Program-made: the position numbers and the translations under genes | Assembly: GCA_964187785.1 (NCBI GenBank) | Contig: OZ076409.1 | Span: 18,292,001-18,356,000, forward strand | Length of the DNA: 64,000 bases | Reading direction: 5' to 3' | Source of the DNA: Amphiscolops sp. MND2022 | Lineage: Eukaryota | Shown: positions 1 through 11,029 of the stretch, in pieces | Numbering within the stretch: the first letter of the stretch is position 1 | How the letters are laid out: the number at the start of each line of letters is the position of its first letter | Notes under the pieces: model-generated | Database searches by the model: none | What the model saw: only the letters and a program-made list of their open reading frames with translations | Told to the model about the DNA's origin: nothing

Positions 1-1926
1 TATTGCAGCAGAGTCAACCCAGTCTTCGAAGAATAAATTAGGTAATGGAAGAAGGAGAATTGAAAACAGAAAACCAGAAAACAATCAGTCCAATCCATAT
101 AACTTGAAACAATGGCGATAAATAATATGTACAACATGATTGAACAAATAAATATATACTTACATATACATTAGTACTTTTATTCATTTATACACACACA
201 TATATATACACGTACTTACATCATAACGGGGCTATGGTGCAATTAATAATAATAATAATAATAATACAGTGCTACAGCTAACAATATGCGAACCACCGCC
301 TAACGAGTGACCAAACAATTTTATAGTAAGACTGCGGCCTGGCAGCCGGCCTCAAATTCAGACCGTGAAGCGCCGGCCTGGGACGCGGCCTGAGAATGAA
401 CCACGCTGCTAAGCACAATGCGCTGAATTAAGAGTGCTAATGAATACATGTAAACGTTTTAATACCCTCTGCAGTAACTAAATGACGACATGAGTGCAAT
501 TGTCCTAATAATAGACCTTTCACATCAAATGCACTAAATACGATGAACCGCGGCCTGGGATACGGCCTGAGAATGATTATGCACCAAGTTAATTATAAAA
601 GCAGTAAACGCTGATGTTATTTCGTATTTTTGTTCAAGAATAAACATGGAGCTTATTAATTGTGTTCATGAATGATGTTGTCGGTTAAATATTACATTTA
701 TTGATTTTTTGCATGTAAATAGTGATTGATTAATAAACAAGCCTGGACCTCAGCCTGGGCCCAAGCTTTAGTTGTACACATTAATAACTTGTAGTTCCTA
801 TTCCCCAAACCCGTTGCTGTTGAATTATGTTAACCATCGCCCAAGATGGTGCTTCTCATAAACATTAGTCACCAGTATTTATTCTTTACCTCCTGAAGTA
901 AATTTGTCCGTCCCGGACTGTGGCCTGGGACTAATGCCTCACAGTTCTCTCACAGTTCTCAGTCAAATCAGCCTTGTAAACATCGCATGAACTGTCCTAT
1001 CTACTCATTTACTTTTCTGTGCGCGATTTTGTTAGTCTAAAGCTAGAACGATGCTATCTTTATTAATCTAAGGAATATTTTTGTAAAATATTGACTGTCA
1101 TTCTTTTTCCAAATTCTCACATTCAATTTGCAGTACTCTTGATGATTCACCACTCTCAATTTCGCCAAGTTCAGCTTCGGCGTCTTAAAAGAGCGGGAAA
1201 TTGGAGGCGAATGGAAGCGGAGTCGCAACTCAGACTAGAAGTGGACGCGTGTTTTCTTCGGAAAGCATGAACAAGCTGAAGGTCTGAGTTCGACAAAGCG
1301 GAACTGAACTTCCGGTTTCCCCGCTTAGGATGGACGCCGGGTTGAACGGCATGTGAAATATTGTTGTGTTTTCCCCGCTCTTCGGAGAGTGAAAATTATA
1401 TATATGCTGAAATTTGGGAGCCATTAGTAGTTGAAATTTTGTTTCGTTGCGAATTATTAACTTGCTAATTGAACGACAATTAACATTTTGCAATCTGCAT
1501 TTTCTTTGTTCATCAATCAGTTTGAACTATTTCTTAAGAAATTTGAGATCAATCCAAACAGCATGCCTGAGCGAAGTTCTAAGGGGAAAGCCAGACGTGA
1601 ATCAATCACAAGTTCAGTAGATGAGCCAGAGTGTTCGAGCATGAGGACGGGCAATGTCCCCAGCATTTCCGACAAAGATTTTGCGGACTTGACAGAAAAA
1701 ATCTAAAAGTCGGTGAATACGCGGATTAAGGACACAGAAACCGGACAACGAGAAATACTAAAAATGATAGAAAATTTGTCTTCTAAAATAGACTCGTTGA
1801 CTGACAAAACGTCTTGCGATTTGAATCAAGGATTGAATGGAGTAAACTCTGAAAACGTAATACTAGAGAATAGACCCATTAATTAAACGAATTCCATCAA
1901 GATGTCAGTCAACACAGTTGGTGACA
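1..1926 (+). mobile_element. Partial (probably solo) long LTR related to the 23044-39587 family, ending in a degenerate gag N-terminus
   Basis: TATA-like box near 1396-1405 and ATG at 1563. The broken ORF MPERSSKGKARR...QREILKMI resembles the LTR-encoded gag start MTTRSQKRKA...QKEMLKLI of the intact element. Ends in ...GGTGACA (reverse complement of TGTCAC, the start of the intact element's LTR), and no gag/pol follows. The left end lies outside the window. Confidence 0.55.
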
Positions 1927-2465
1927 ACAGGAAAATATTAACGCAATAAAGTTTCCGTAAGATATTTAGATTATCATGATAAAAGTTGCTGGCAACATTA
2001 AAGTACATGTGAAAAGTTCAAGCATGTTCAACAAGGGTGTATCAAAAGGTACCAAAACTTTTGAAACCACGGCGCACAAAAATATCACATAGGCAAACCC
2101 CACCACAGGTAATCGTCAAACTTAATAGGTTAAAAAAAGCAAATACAAGTTTTTTGACTGGAAATCTTAGGTAGCGCGGTAGTGTTGAAAACCATAAAAT
2201 GTGTTGTCAGCTTTCTTTCAAAAACGGCTTGAAATTTTCGCAAGAAAGGTGAAACAAAACGACCATTGTTGATGTCAAAAAATTGCTGTAACTTGATGTA
2301 ACAGCAGAAAACACTCGTTTGCTGGCTGAACAAACTCTTGTCAAATGCACTTGTCAAAAGTGCAACAATTTTAATGGCATTGTTTACGCTAGCCAGCTGA
2401 GTTAGGTAAAGTAGAACGAAATAGCAACAAACTGTGAATTAGCTTGTGTATATGTTTCTTGACTG

Positions 2466-5400
2466 AACTAGCGAATGTTGCTTTCTCACGGTCAAGCATT
2501 TAGCAGGTACTTGACGCTTTTGCATTAAATTACTATAATGTTATGTAATACGTAATCTACCACACTTCCCATTTCATAACAAATTGTACAGTTTTGGTAT
2601 TTAAAACAATACACTCAGTTGATTAATAATGTTCAGACAATTACACTGTATAAATTAAAACTAGCCCCAATAGAACTAACTCAACACAAATTGTTTGTAA
2701 AAGTCGTTTTTCAGGCTTCAGTTTCTGTCTCCTTTGTGTCTTTTCCATTTTCGCCTGCTTTTTCAACGGTAGTCACCATTATGTTGTTACCCAACCAATT
2801 GGGATTTCGCGTCTTCCTCCCGAATCTTGTTTCTCTTTTTTTTCACTTCTTCGAGGCTCGTTGTTTTTGTCTGCTCCTCTGTTGTTCCACTTTGTGTTTC
2901 CTTTTCGCGATTATTTTCTTCTTCCAACTCCCTTTCGTCTTCTTTTTCTTCTTCAGTTAGCTTTGTTGTTTGATTGGGTAACTCCGGTGTTTTATGTTCG
3001 GCTTCAACGTCTCTTTGTCCCGTTCTTCGATTAGTTCTTCACTGATTTCACTTTCATTGAATTAGGCATTTCCCATCAAATTGTCATTCTTGTCGGATGT
3101 GCTCTCTTCTCAAAATTGGCGTTTGTACTTCTTTTTGCTGATTTTCTTTTCTTTCTTCTTTTGGCCCACTGTATCCTCGTCCTTCTTCATTGCCACATCT
3201 CTCTTTGACACAATGACGCTTCTCGGTTTTTCCGGCAAAATGGTTATTGTGTGTCCTGACTCGCCGATGATTTTAGTTTTAGTCTTTTTGACGGTTCCTT
3301 CCAGTTTTGAACCTTTTGATCTTTCTCTCTAAAGGATTGTGGAGTCAACATCGGGGCTAAAGTCTGATGGCGTCAGTTGTAGGCTGGGGTCTTCTAAAAT
3401 ACAGTTATTTACCATTGCCTTTTTCGCGGTATTGGGTTCTCGGATTATGTGTCGTTCAAAAACGGATTTCCAATCCTTTCCTTTTTTTCCTGATCGTAGG
3501 GCAAAAAAATTCTCGACAGTGCCCAAATTTTTTTAGTTTGAACAATTTCTTTCTCTGTTCCCAATCTCTCATTTAATGTTCTGATCATTCTCTCCACTTT
3601 TCCAATTCTCCTACGAACTCTAATTGGACACATTTTACGACTAATAAAATTTTCTTGGCAAAACTCTCTAAACTTTTCGCTTCTGAAAGCATTCTCTGGG
3701 TCAGTTCTTATTCTTTTTGGAATTCCATACAAAGCTAAATACTGACTCATGAATTCAACTACTTTATCTGCTGTAGGGTTTGGCAAAAACAACCCTCCTG
3801 GCCAACCTGAGTTTTTGTCCACTGAGACCGGTAAATGCTTTTAATTCTTTTTGGGGTTTTGGAAGTGACCGGCCAAATCGATAGAAACTTCATCGTTCGG
3901 ATGTTCAGCAATTGGATATTTTCCGTGTTTGTCTCGAGTTTTCAAACACTTTATGTTCTTAACTGCTTTTGAACACTGAGGACAATTTTAAGTTCTCTCC
4001 AAGATCTTTCTGTGAACACCCGCCCACCACATGTTCAGCTTCTCGCAGCATTGTGTCCCGACCGCCAAATCCGAAACTTTTGGCGTGTAACAAAGTTTCT
4101 CTCATCTTTTTTGGAGTAACTAATTTCTCATCGAAGTAAAGTTAATCTTTTTCATCAACACTAAATGAGGTGAATTTTCCGCGCCATGGTGGAGGTAATT
4201 GGGCGATTCGTGCAGCATAGTTCATTTTTGCCAATTTGATCATTTTTAGCAAATGACGATCTTCTTGATAATTCGCATTTAGACAAACGCGCCTAATACG
4301 TGAATTGCTTGGTTGGCGTGAAGATGATGGTTCATCCATTTTACTTGATTTACCCGACCTGTGCGAAGCATTTATCTTGCTGAAATCACACTTCCCTGCT
4401 TTGTTTGCTTTATTGCTTTCAAGTGTCAACACTTGTCTATTTGCGCGTGCTTTCAATTTCGGCGTTTGCTCAATTTTGATTAGTTAGTGGCGTTTGCCAA
4501 TTACGTTCCGGAAGCCTTTCCCTAAATCTTCTACTACATTGACAGTGAACTGATCTGCCTCGTGTGTGGACCCCTTCAAAATAGAACTGTAATATCCTAT
4601 CCACTCACCTTGTTAGTCTCCTGGAAAATGTCTTATTTCCTCTGTTTGGCTTCAGTACACTTTGTAGCGCTTTATGGTCAGATATCGTTACCAAATCCGT
4701 TCCGTAAACGTCATTTTTTGAGGTGTTCCACAGACAAAACCACCGCAAGAAGTTCGAACTCGTCTATTGAGTTTTTTTTCCATCACAATCTGCTCGAAAT
4801 TGTGATGCGTACGCTATTGGCTTCCAGAATGTTTATTTCTTTCTCATCATACTGCTGTAATACGGTTCCGAGTCCGTCATTGCCTGCATCATAAAGTATT
4901 CACAATTTCTTCTGTCTTTTAAAAATGCGTTATTTCAAAAGAATTTTTGATTTTTTTCATTTACCTTATTGAACGCATTATCGTGGCTCCCTGTCCACTC
5001 CCAGATTGCTTCCTTTTTAGTTTAACTCTGAATGGAAAACTCAATGAAGCTAATTCTGGAAAAAAATTATTCTTTCGTTTTACCGCTCCCAAATACGAAC
5101 GTGAATTCTTTAGATTTTTGGGGTGTAATATTTCCATTATGCCTTGCACTTTTTCATTTATTGGTGATACTCCTGATGTAGTCAATTTGAACCCAAGCCA
5201 TTCAATTTCGTCCATGCAAATTTCCTTTTCGTTGCTTTTAACTGTAGATTTGCTTGGTTGAGTCTATTTAGTGTTTCCCGCACTTTTGCTGAACGTTCTT
5301 TTTTTGTTCCCTTGGTTACAAATAAAACTCCATCTATGAATACAAAAACTTCCTTAAAGTTTGCTACCAAATAATCCATAACTTTCTGCAATTCTGTCGG

Positions 5401-6705
5401 AACAACCGTCGACCAAAAAATCCATTATTGAAACGATACGTGTCTGTTAATTCTCCCTCTTTTATTTGAAAACTGCAATGTCTATCAGTAAGTGCATCTA
5501 ATAGTACTTGTCCGTACTCATTAGTTGAGTCGAATGATGAGTACCAAGCTTCGCCTTCTTCATTATCTAGTTTCTCGGCTACCATGTCCATAAGATCTTC
5601 TAAATTAGGCATCTGATATTCATCTTTATCAATTGCCTGATTAAAATAGCGTGCGTCTAAAGCTATTCTGACTGATCGGTGCCTTTTGAATGTAATGACC
5701 GTTAGGTGTGTTATCATCTTTGATTTGTCATCTTTGACATTGTCATTTTTCCCGAAATGGCCTACTCCAATAACCGCCTAACTTTGGCGTCAACTGATTT
5801 TTGTAGATGAATCAGCACCCTTCTGCTTTTTTGTTGCGTAATTTTAGCTTCGTCTTCAATTGTTAGTTTCACTTTATGGTTTTTAATATTTTCTTTTCTT
5901 GAAAATAATTCGGGAAATTCTTTTGCGAACATTGTGTTTCTTCACCTAATTTTTCGATCTCTTCTTTTTCAATTCATTTAACAATTAACTCACCCTTGTT
6001 TTGACTTTTGGGAGCAATCTCTAAGTTGAGTCTGGATAACCATTCCCATCCGATAATGGACTTCACTCCTTTCCGGGCCACTAAGATTCCGACCATTTTC
6101 ACGTACTGATCACATACTTGCAACTCGCAACCCACGTAGCCTAGTTTAGTCAGTGGCTTCCCATTGAGTCTACGTATTTCTCATCGTCAACCATTCTTCT
6201 GACTTGCAATTGCTCTTTTCATAATTTTCTTCATTTCATCTTCCGCAAAGATTGTAACCGGTATCGATCATCGTTTTAAATCGTTGTCCATTGATAAACC
6301 CTTCCATAAAGAATAGCTTTGCTGCTTCTGTCCGCGTTGCTTCATCAACTTTAAGAACCTATGTGTTTTTATCTGCGTTTCTTCCTGATCGACTTGTCTC
6401 TATTTTTTGTTCCGCATTACAACAACGTTCGAAATGTCCCTTTATTCCGCAGTAATTGCCATTCGCTTCTGACCCTCTGCAGGAATTTAGGTGTGCACTC
6501 TTAAAAATTCCCATTACACATCTCCAACACTTACTGTTATTTGTGTTTCGATTATTTTCGTACACCTTTTATCTTACTTGCGACACTCGGTTGGCCAAAT
6601 GATTTCTGTCAACTCAGTTTCTCCTCAAAAGCTATTGCTTCTCTTGGCGTATGCTTTGATTCTGTGCATAGTTTCTCCTGTGGTTGTTTATTTATCATGT
6701 TCAAT
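2466..6705 (-). mobile_element. Decayed Ty3/Gypsy LTR retrotransposon (element A)
   Basis: Minus-strand fragments in Gypsy order: zinc-knuckle remnant (6359-6565, YCGIKGHFERCC), protease MIDTG (~6260), RT (5182-5717, ALDAR..NQAI, FIDG), RNase H region (~4650-4900), integrase (3445-4100, YGIPKRIRTD, VERMIRTL). PPT GAAATGGGAAG at 2565-2575 abuts the LTR start TGTGGTAG at 2564. Many stops and frameshifts. Confidence 0.9.
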
Positions 6706-6949
6706 ACAAGACGCCCGCTAAACACCGGGATATTTTCCGCCCTGTTCGCCTTCACCAACTGAGCCATAGCTATTTTGGGAGGGGGAATAGAATCTAAAGA
6801 ATAAGATCTAAAACTTAGTGATTTTAGATTTCATACTCTTCAGATTTTATTCCCTTTTTTGACTTCAGATATTATTCCCTCTGTATGCTATTTTAGTTAC
6901 TTGATTATTTTAGTTACTAGTAGCTATATAATATAGTCAAGTAATCAAA

Positions 6950-7458
6950 AGGTGGAGATTGTGGAGATTCGGCAAAATTTGGAAAAAAAACTGGTCACAG
7001 ATCATGATTTTCCTCCCCCATTTATGAAATGTGGGGTCGGAAAATAATAAATATATCGTACACGAGGCTTTCAGACTGGTTGGTTGCCAACGTCGCATTT
7101 TGAGGCTAAGCCATTCAGCACGTTCCAGAACTGGTGCAGTGACTCGTTGTCCTTTTGTTTCCTTGAGAAAAATGCATGACGATCTAATGTTCTGTTTCTC
7201 CTTGTTTCACAACTAGCGCGTGCTGCTTTCTCACGGTCAAGCCGTTAGCGGCTACTTGACGCTTTTGCATCCAATTACTATAATGTCATTTAATACGTAA
7301 TCTACCATAGGCATGCAACAGAGTTCTTTCTGGTCAATAAAATCAGTGGATATCATTGAAAATTAATATTTTCCGCCCACATAAATGGGGAAGGAAAATC
7401 ATGATCTGTGATGCGTTTTTCCACCAAATTCTGCCAAAACGCCACTTTATCTCCACTC
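6950..7458. repeat. Imperfect ~105-bp inverted repeat pair (foldback/MITE-like) enclosing the LTR fragment
   Basis: CACAGATCATGATTTTCCTCCCCCATTTATG (~6996-7026) is the reverse complement of CATAAATGGGGAAGGAAAATCATGATCTGTG (~7380-7410) with one mismatch. Weaker similarity extends over ~6950-7056 versus ~7355-7458. Confidence 0.65.
7211..7309 (-). repeat. LTR fragment, direct repeat of 2466-2564
   Basis: About 100 bp align with the element A 3' LTR (ACTAGCG..TTTCTCACGGTCAAGC..TAATACGTAATCTACCA). Confidence 0.75.
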
Positions 7459-9404
7459 CATCAGTGCACGTCACTTAGGGACTTGAACTGAGTTACAACT
7501 GAGTTACTTCAATTATGGTGGCTCCTCGGTCAGGTTGTAGGTCCTGGTTTCGAACCTCTTCTTCGCCATACTTTTTATGCAAAAAACGTGTCGCGGAAAA
7601 CATCCCGGTGCTTAGCGGGCGTCTTGTTTGCTGTTGAACTCTCTTCTAAATGATCAAAAATATATTGACTCTCCTCAAAAGTTACCCACACATCCTACTG
7701 ATTGAGCGCAAACAAGCGCAATCCAGAAAATTGCTGCGAATAAATCAGTAATGAACCGAAACCCGGGGAATTTCAAGTTGCATATCAAACTAGTCGGTTT
7801 CACATCTCTGCCGGAATTTTTTTCTTATGACAAATTTTTTAACCGAAAACGACGATTGCAAAGGTTAAAGCATAAAAGTATACCAATCAAAAAAAAAGAA
7901 ACGACAAACACTAATGGCCAACAAAAAAGAAGTTTGGCTTTTCTACTATCAAGAAACCCAAAAAACCCTGGAAACAACACAAAAAAGAAAGTTTTTTTCA
8001 AAAAGAAGGATTTCGTGAACATTAAACCGATTTTCAATGAAAAAGGCACACGAAATTTGAGTTTTAGTGTATCGAATAGAATTTTTCTGATCGATTCTCG
8101 TTCGAGGACTTCGAGAAACTGCTGGCTTATCCCAGAGAACAAAAAAAACGTCTGTTTGCTTATTTTGTGACTTAGAAATCGATCTTGTATCGATGCGATC
8201 TCACTAAATAGGCTGCACGCCAATTTATTGCAAGTATGAAAACAAGTTTCATATTAGTTTGAGTCCATACTCAATTCAAGAGCGACTTTTTGTAAGTACA
8301 TGATAGACAGCCACAGCATAGCTTGTTTTGATCACGTCATTACCGATGTTCCACGATGATTACGGAAACCATTAGGTTTACAATATCACATCATTGTGCA
8401 TTGGAAGCGGAACTACCTCTCGATAAGAGTTCAATGAGACGTAAACTCCGGGATGCATGCTGAGAATTGCTGCAAAATTCGATTATACAAAAGTGACGTC
8501 AGCACCGGGCGTGACTTGCAGAACAGCCGCGCCAAAAATCAGAAGAGAGCGATTGAACCTGAGAACAACGCATGAACCGTGAACTCAAGTAACTTAGCCA
8601 GTCATAGAGGCTCAATTAACAGGTGCTAAACACACCTTTACCGAGTAGTATTTTAACAAGACGCTACTGTATGTACAACGCGGCAGCTTGCCGTTACAGT
8701 TAGTAATTTAAAGTGAAGGTCAACCATAGTTGAAACTCCTGGAACTTTGACTGCAGAACTTTGACTGCAAATTCAGTTAAATTTGAATATACACTTCATT
8801 ACCGACACTACCAATTTGTGTTCACACTTTGTTTTCTCAACTATTCATCTGATGGGATTACCGCCTCTCCAATAGAACGCTAAAGATGACGCTAATTTGC
8901 AGTTTATTACGCGAATGAAGTGTTTTGCGTTGAAATTTTGGCCAAAAACGATAGCAGCTTACTTGCTTTTGAAAATATAACTGTGTCTTAACGGAACCTG
9001 CAAAACTTCGAAGCCTAAAATAACCTCCAAAATTGTGATAAATCTTTCAAGCAGCTTGATAAAAGTCGAATACAAAAAAGAAATATTCTTACATGAAAGT
9101 TTCTGTAAGAGTTTTAGAAATTCTTGACAAACGTTTTTGGCTACATTAAAGTCTATTCAAAAACTTCAAGCACATCAACAAAAGAAAACAATATTCCAAA
9201 TGTCACCTTGCACCTATTTCATTATTTTTTAAACCTAAAACTGAAGAAAAACAACCAAAATTCAACTGGCAACTTTCATCTACCAAAATAAACTCAGACA
9301 ATCATGAAACGCGTACAACAACTTATCACGGGGCACCATGTGTTGTCAGAAACGTGATTAATGTGAGGCCTGAATATTTTCGGTTTCTCAGAAATTGTCC
9401 CCAT

Positions 9405-10092
9405 TTTTAGTCGGCGCATTATCCTTTAAAGGGAAAATGCCCAGCTCTTACAGTGACATTCTTTATTCGGCGCATTTTCCTTTGAAGGAAAAATGCCCGA
9501 CTCTTACAGTGACTTTTTTCTTCAGACCACAGACCTCACATTGATCGGTCCACTTTGTACAAAAACTACTAAAACTACCCAGGCCAAGTCCCGCCTGTTG
9601 TATTTCTAAGTAGTTCTAGGAAAGAATAGAGTTTTCTAAAATAATATCTCTTCTGTATCAAAGCATAGGCTATTCAATAATAACATAAATTGATGTAGCA
9701 GTTTTACATCTAGTGTTAGTAAACATTATACAGGTATGTCTACAATCGAAGTTCGGTAGAGGTCAGTTTCTTTTTTGACTGACGGATGAACCGTATAACA
9801 CCGCCAATGCAAAGTTAGTGCAAAGGATTCCCCCATTCTTTCTTTTACTTTTATAACGTAACCTACAAAACCGGACGAGAAAAGAGGGTTCCCCTTCGAG
9901 TTTTTTGATATCTTGCAGTCGAATGTATGTTAATAAACTTCAAATGTCCCCCGTTTTTTTATTTTTCGGTACTATGCGACATTTTTTGAAAGGAAAAATA
10001 CGAATTTTTTTTATAAAAAAAGTTTTTTTGTTCCCACTTTGCGCTTTTTGAGCATTAGATATCGCGCCGATTTTAGACGTTCTCGGCTTGTT
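9405..10092 (+). mobile_element. HINE/DINE-1-like (Helentron-associated) repeat, family 1, interrupted by an LTR
   Basis: 5' TTTTAGTCGGCGC subTIR with a nearby partial inverted copy (GCCCGACT), tandemly duplicated at the 5' end. 3' end has GCGCCGA.. subTIR, a short hairpin and TTGTT. No TSD. Confidence 0.6.
9596..9800 (-). repeat. 205-bp LTR of element B with 5-bp TSD CCGCC
   Basis: TGTTGTA...TATAACA termini, flanked by CCGCC at 9591-9595 and 9801-9805. Its first ~93 bp recur at 16328-16420. Confidence 0.85.
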
Positions 10093-10591
10093 GTCTTTAA
10101 GAAGCTGCAAAAGGTCAATGGCAGAAAATATTAATTCATTATACCAAGTGGTTAAAATTTGAATGAAAGTGACTCTTCCAGTCAATTGGAAAAAGTAGCT
10201 TTTGAGTTGAATTCTAATCGTCAGTAGCCCTAGCAACTGCCTGTATATGCACAAGCAAACAACTGTCTATGTTATTGTTCATTAAGATACCAAAAAGCTG
10301 GAGACACCCAATTTGACTGACTAAAACTTTTAAAGCGTATTATCTTTAAATTTTTATTTCATCTTTATTATTTTTATTACAATTCTTTATTATTATCTTA
10401 TTATCTTTTTTACAAAAAATGTCCCAGGAGCAAAACTTTCTCAACTTTTGATCAAAATTAAAATTGTGTCATTTGTTTTGATGAAGTGAAAGTTTGACAG
10501 TTATGGAACATAGTAGTTTGAGAAGCTTTGGGAATTTTCGAATTCCTTTAGGCAAAATCGCAAAAAAACTATCAGTAGACTGTTACACAGT

Positions 10592-11029
10592 AACAAGACG
10601 GGAACATCTCGAGTCGGCGCTATATCTAAGGCTCAAAATATCAAAAAATTGAAGGGGGACACTTTGTAGACTATGAAAAATTTCCGAAAAAAAAGAAAAA
10701 TGAGAATTCCGAAAAAATCTCTTATTGCCAAAAAATTCAAAAGGGGAGACCCTTTGGGCTTTTTGAAACTTCAGTTTGCTGCAAAATATCAAAACAAACT
10801 TGAAAGAGGACCCTGTGGAGACAAAAAAAATTTCGAAAAAAAGTCGCACAGTGCCGAAGAAACCGAAAAGGGGGACCCTTTACACTCATCCGGTTTTGTA
10901 GGGTACGTTTAAAAAGTAGAAAACCAAAAAGGGGTTCCTTTGGAGACAAAAAAATTCGGGTGTTCGCTTAGTTTCCTTTAGTTGAACATACTTAACGTTA
11001 ACGTTCGTCGCTTCGAGTCTGTTTTAAAA
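10592..11029 (-). mobile_element. HINE-like family 1 copy, truncated duplicate of 17204-17705
   Basis: Begins AACAAGACGGGAACATCTCGAGTCGGCGC and is near-identical to 17204-17641. Confidence 0.6.

Noticed and set aside
330..945. CRISPR-like repeat array
   Set aside because: Repeats are degenerate and irregularly spaced, the context is eukaryotic, and there are no cas genes.
7510..7575. tRNA gene (GGTTTCGAACC B-box-like motif; similar motifs at ~22440, ~39752 and ~40214)
   Set aside because: No complete cloverleaf could be formed. These are fragments within repeats.
7751..8223. Opposing Lys-rich and Phe-rich ORFs
   Set aside because: They arise from A/T homopolymer-rich repeat DNA and have no recognisable domain.
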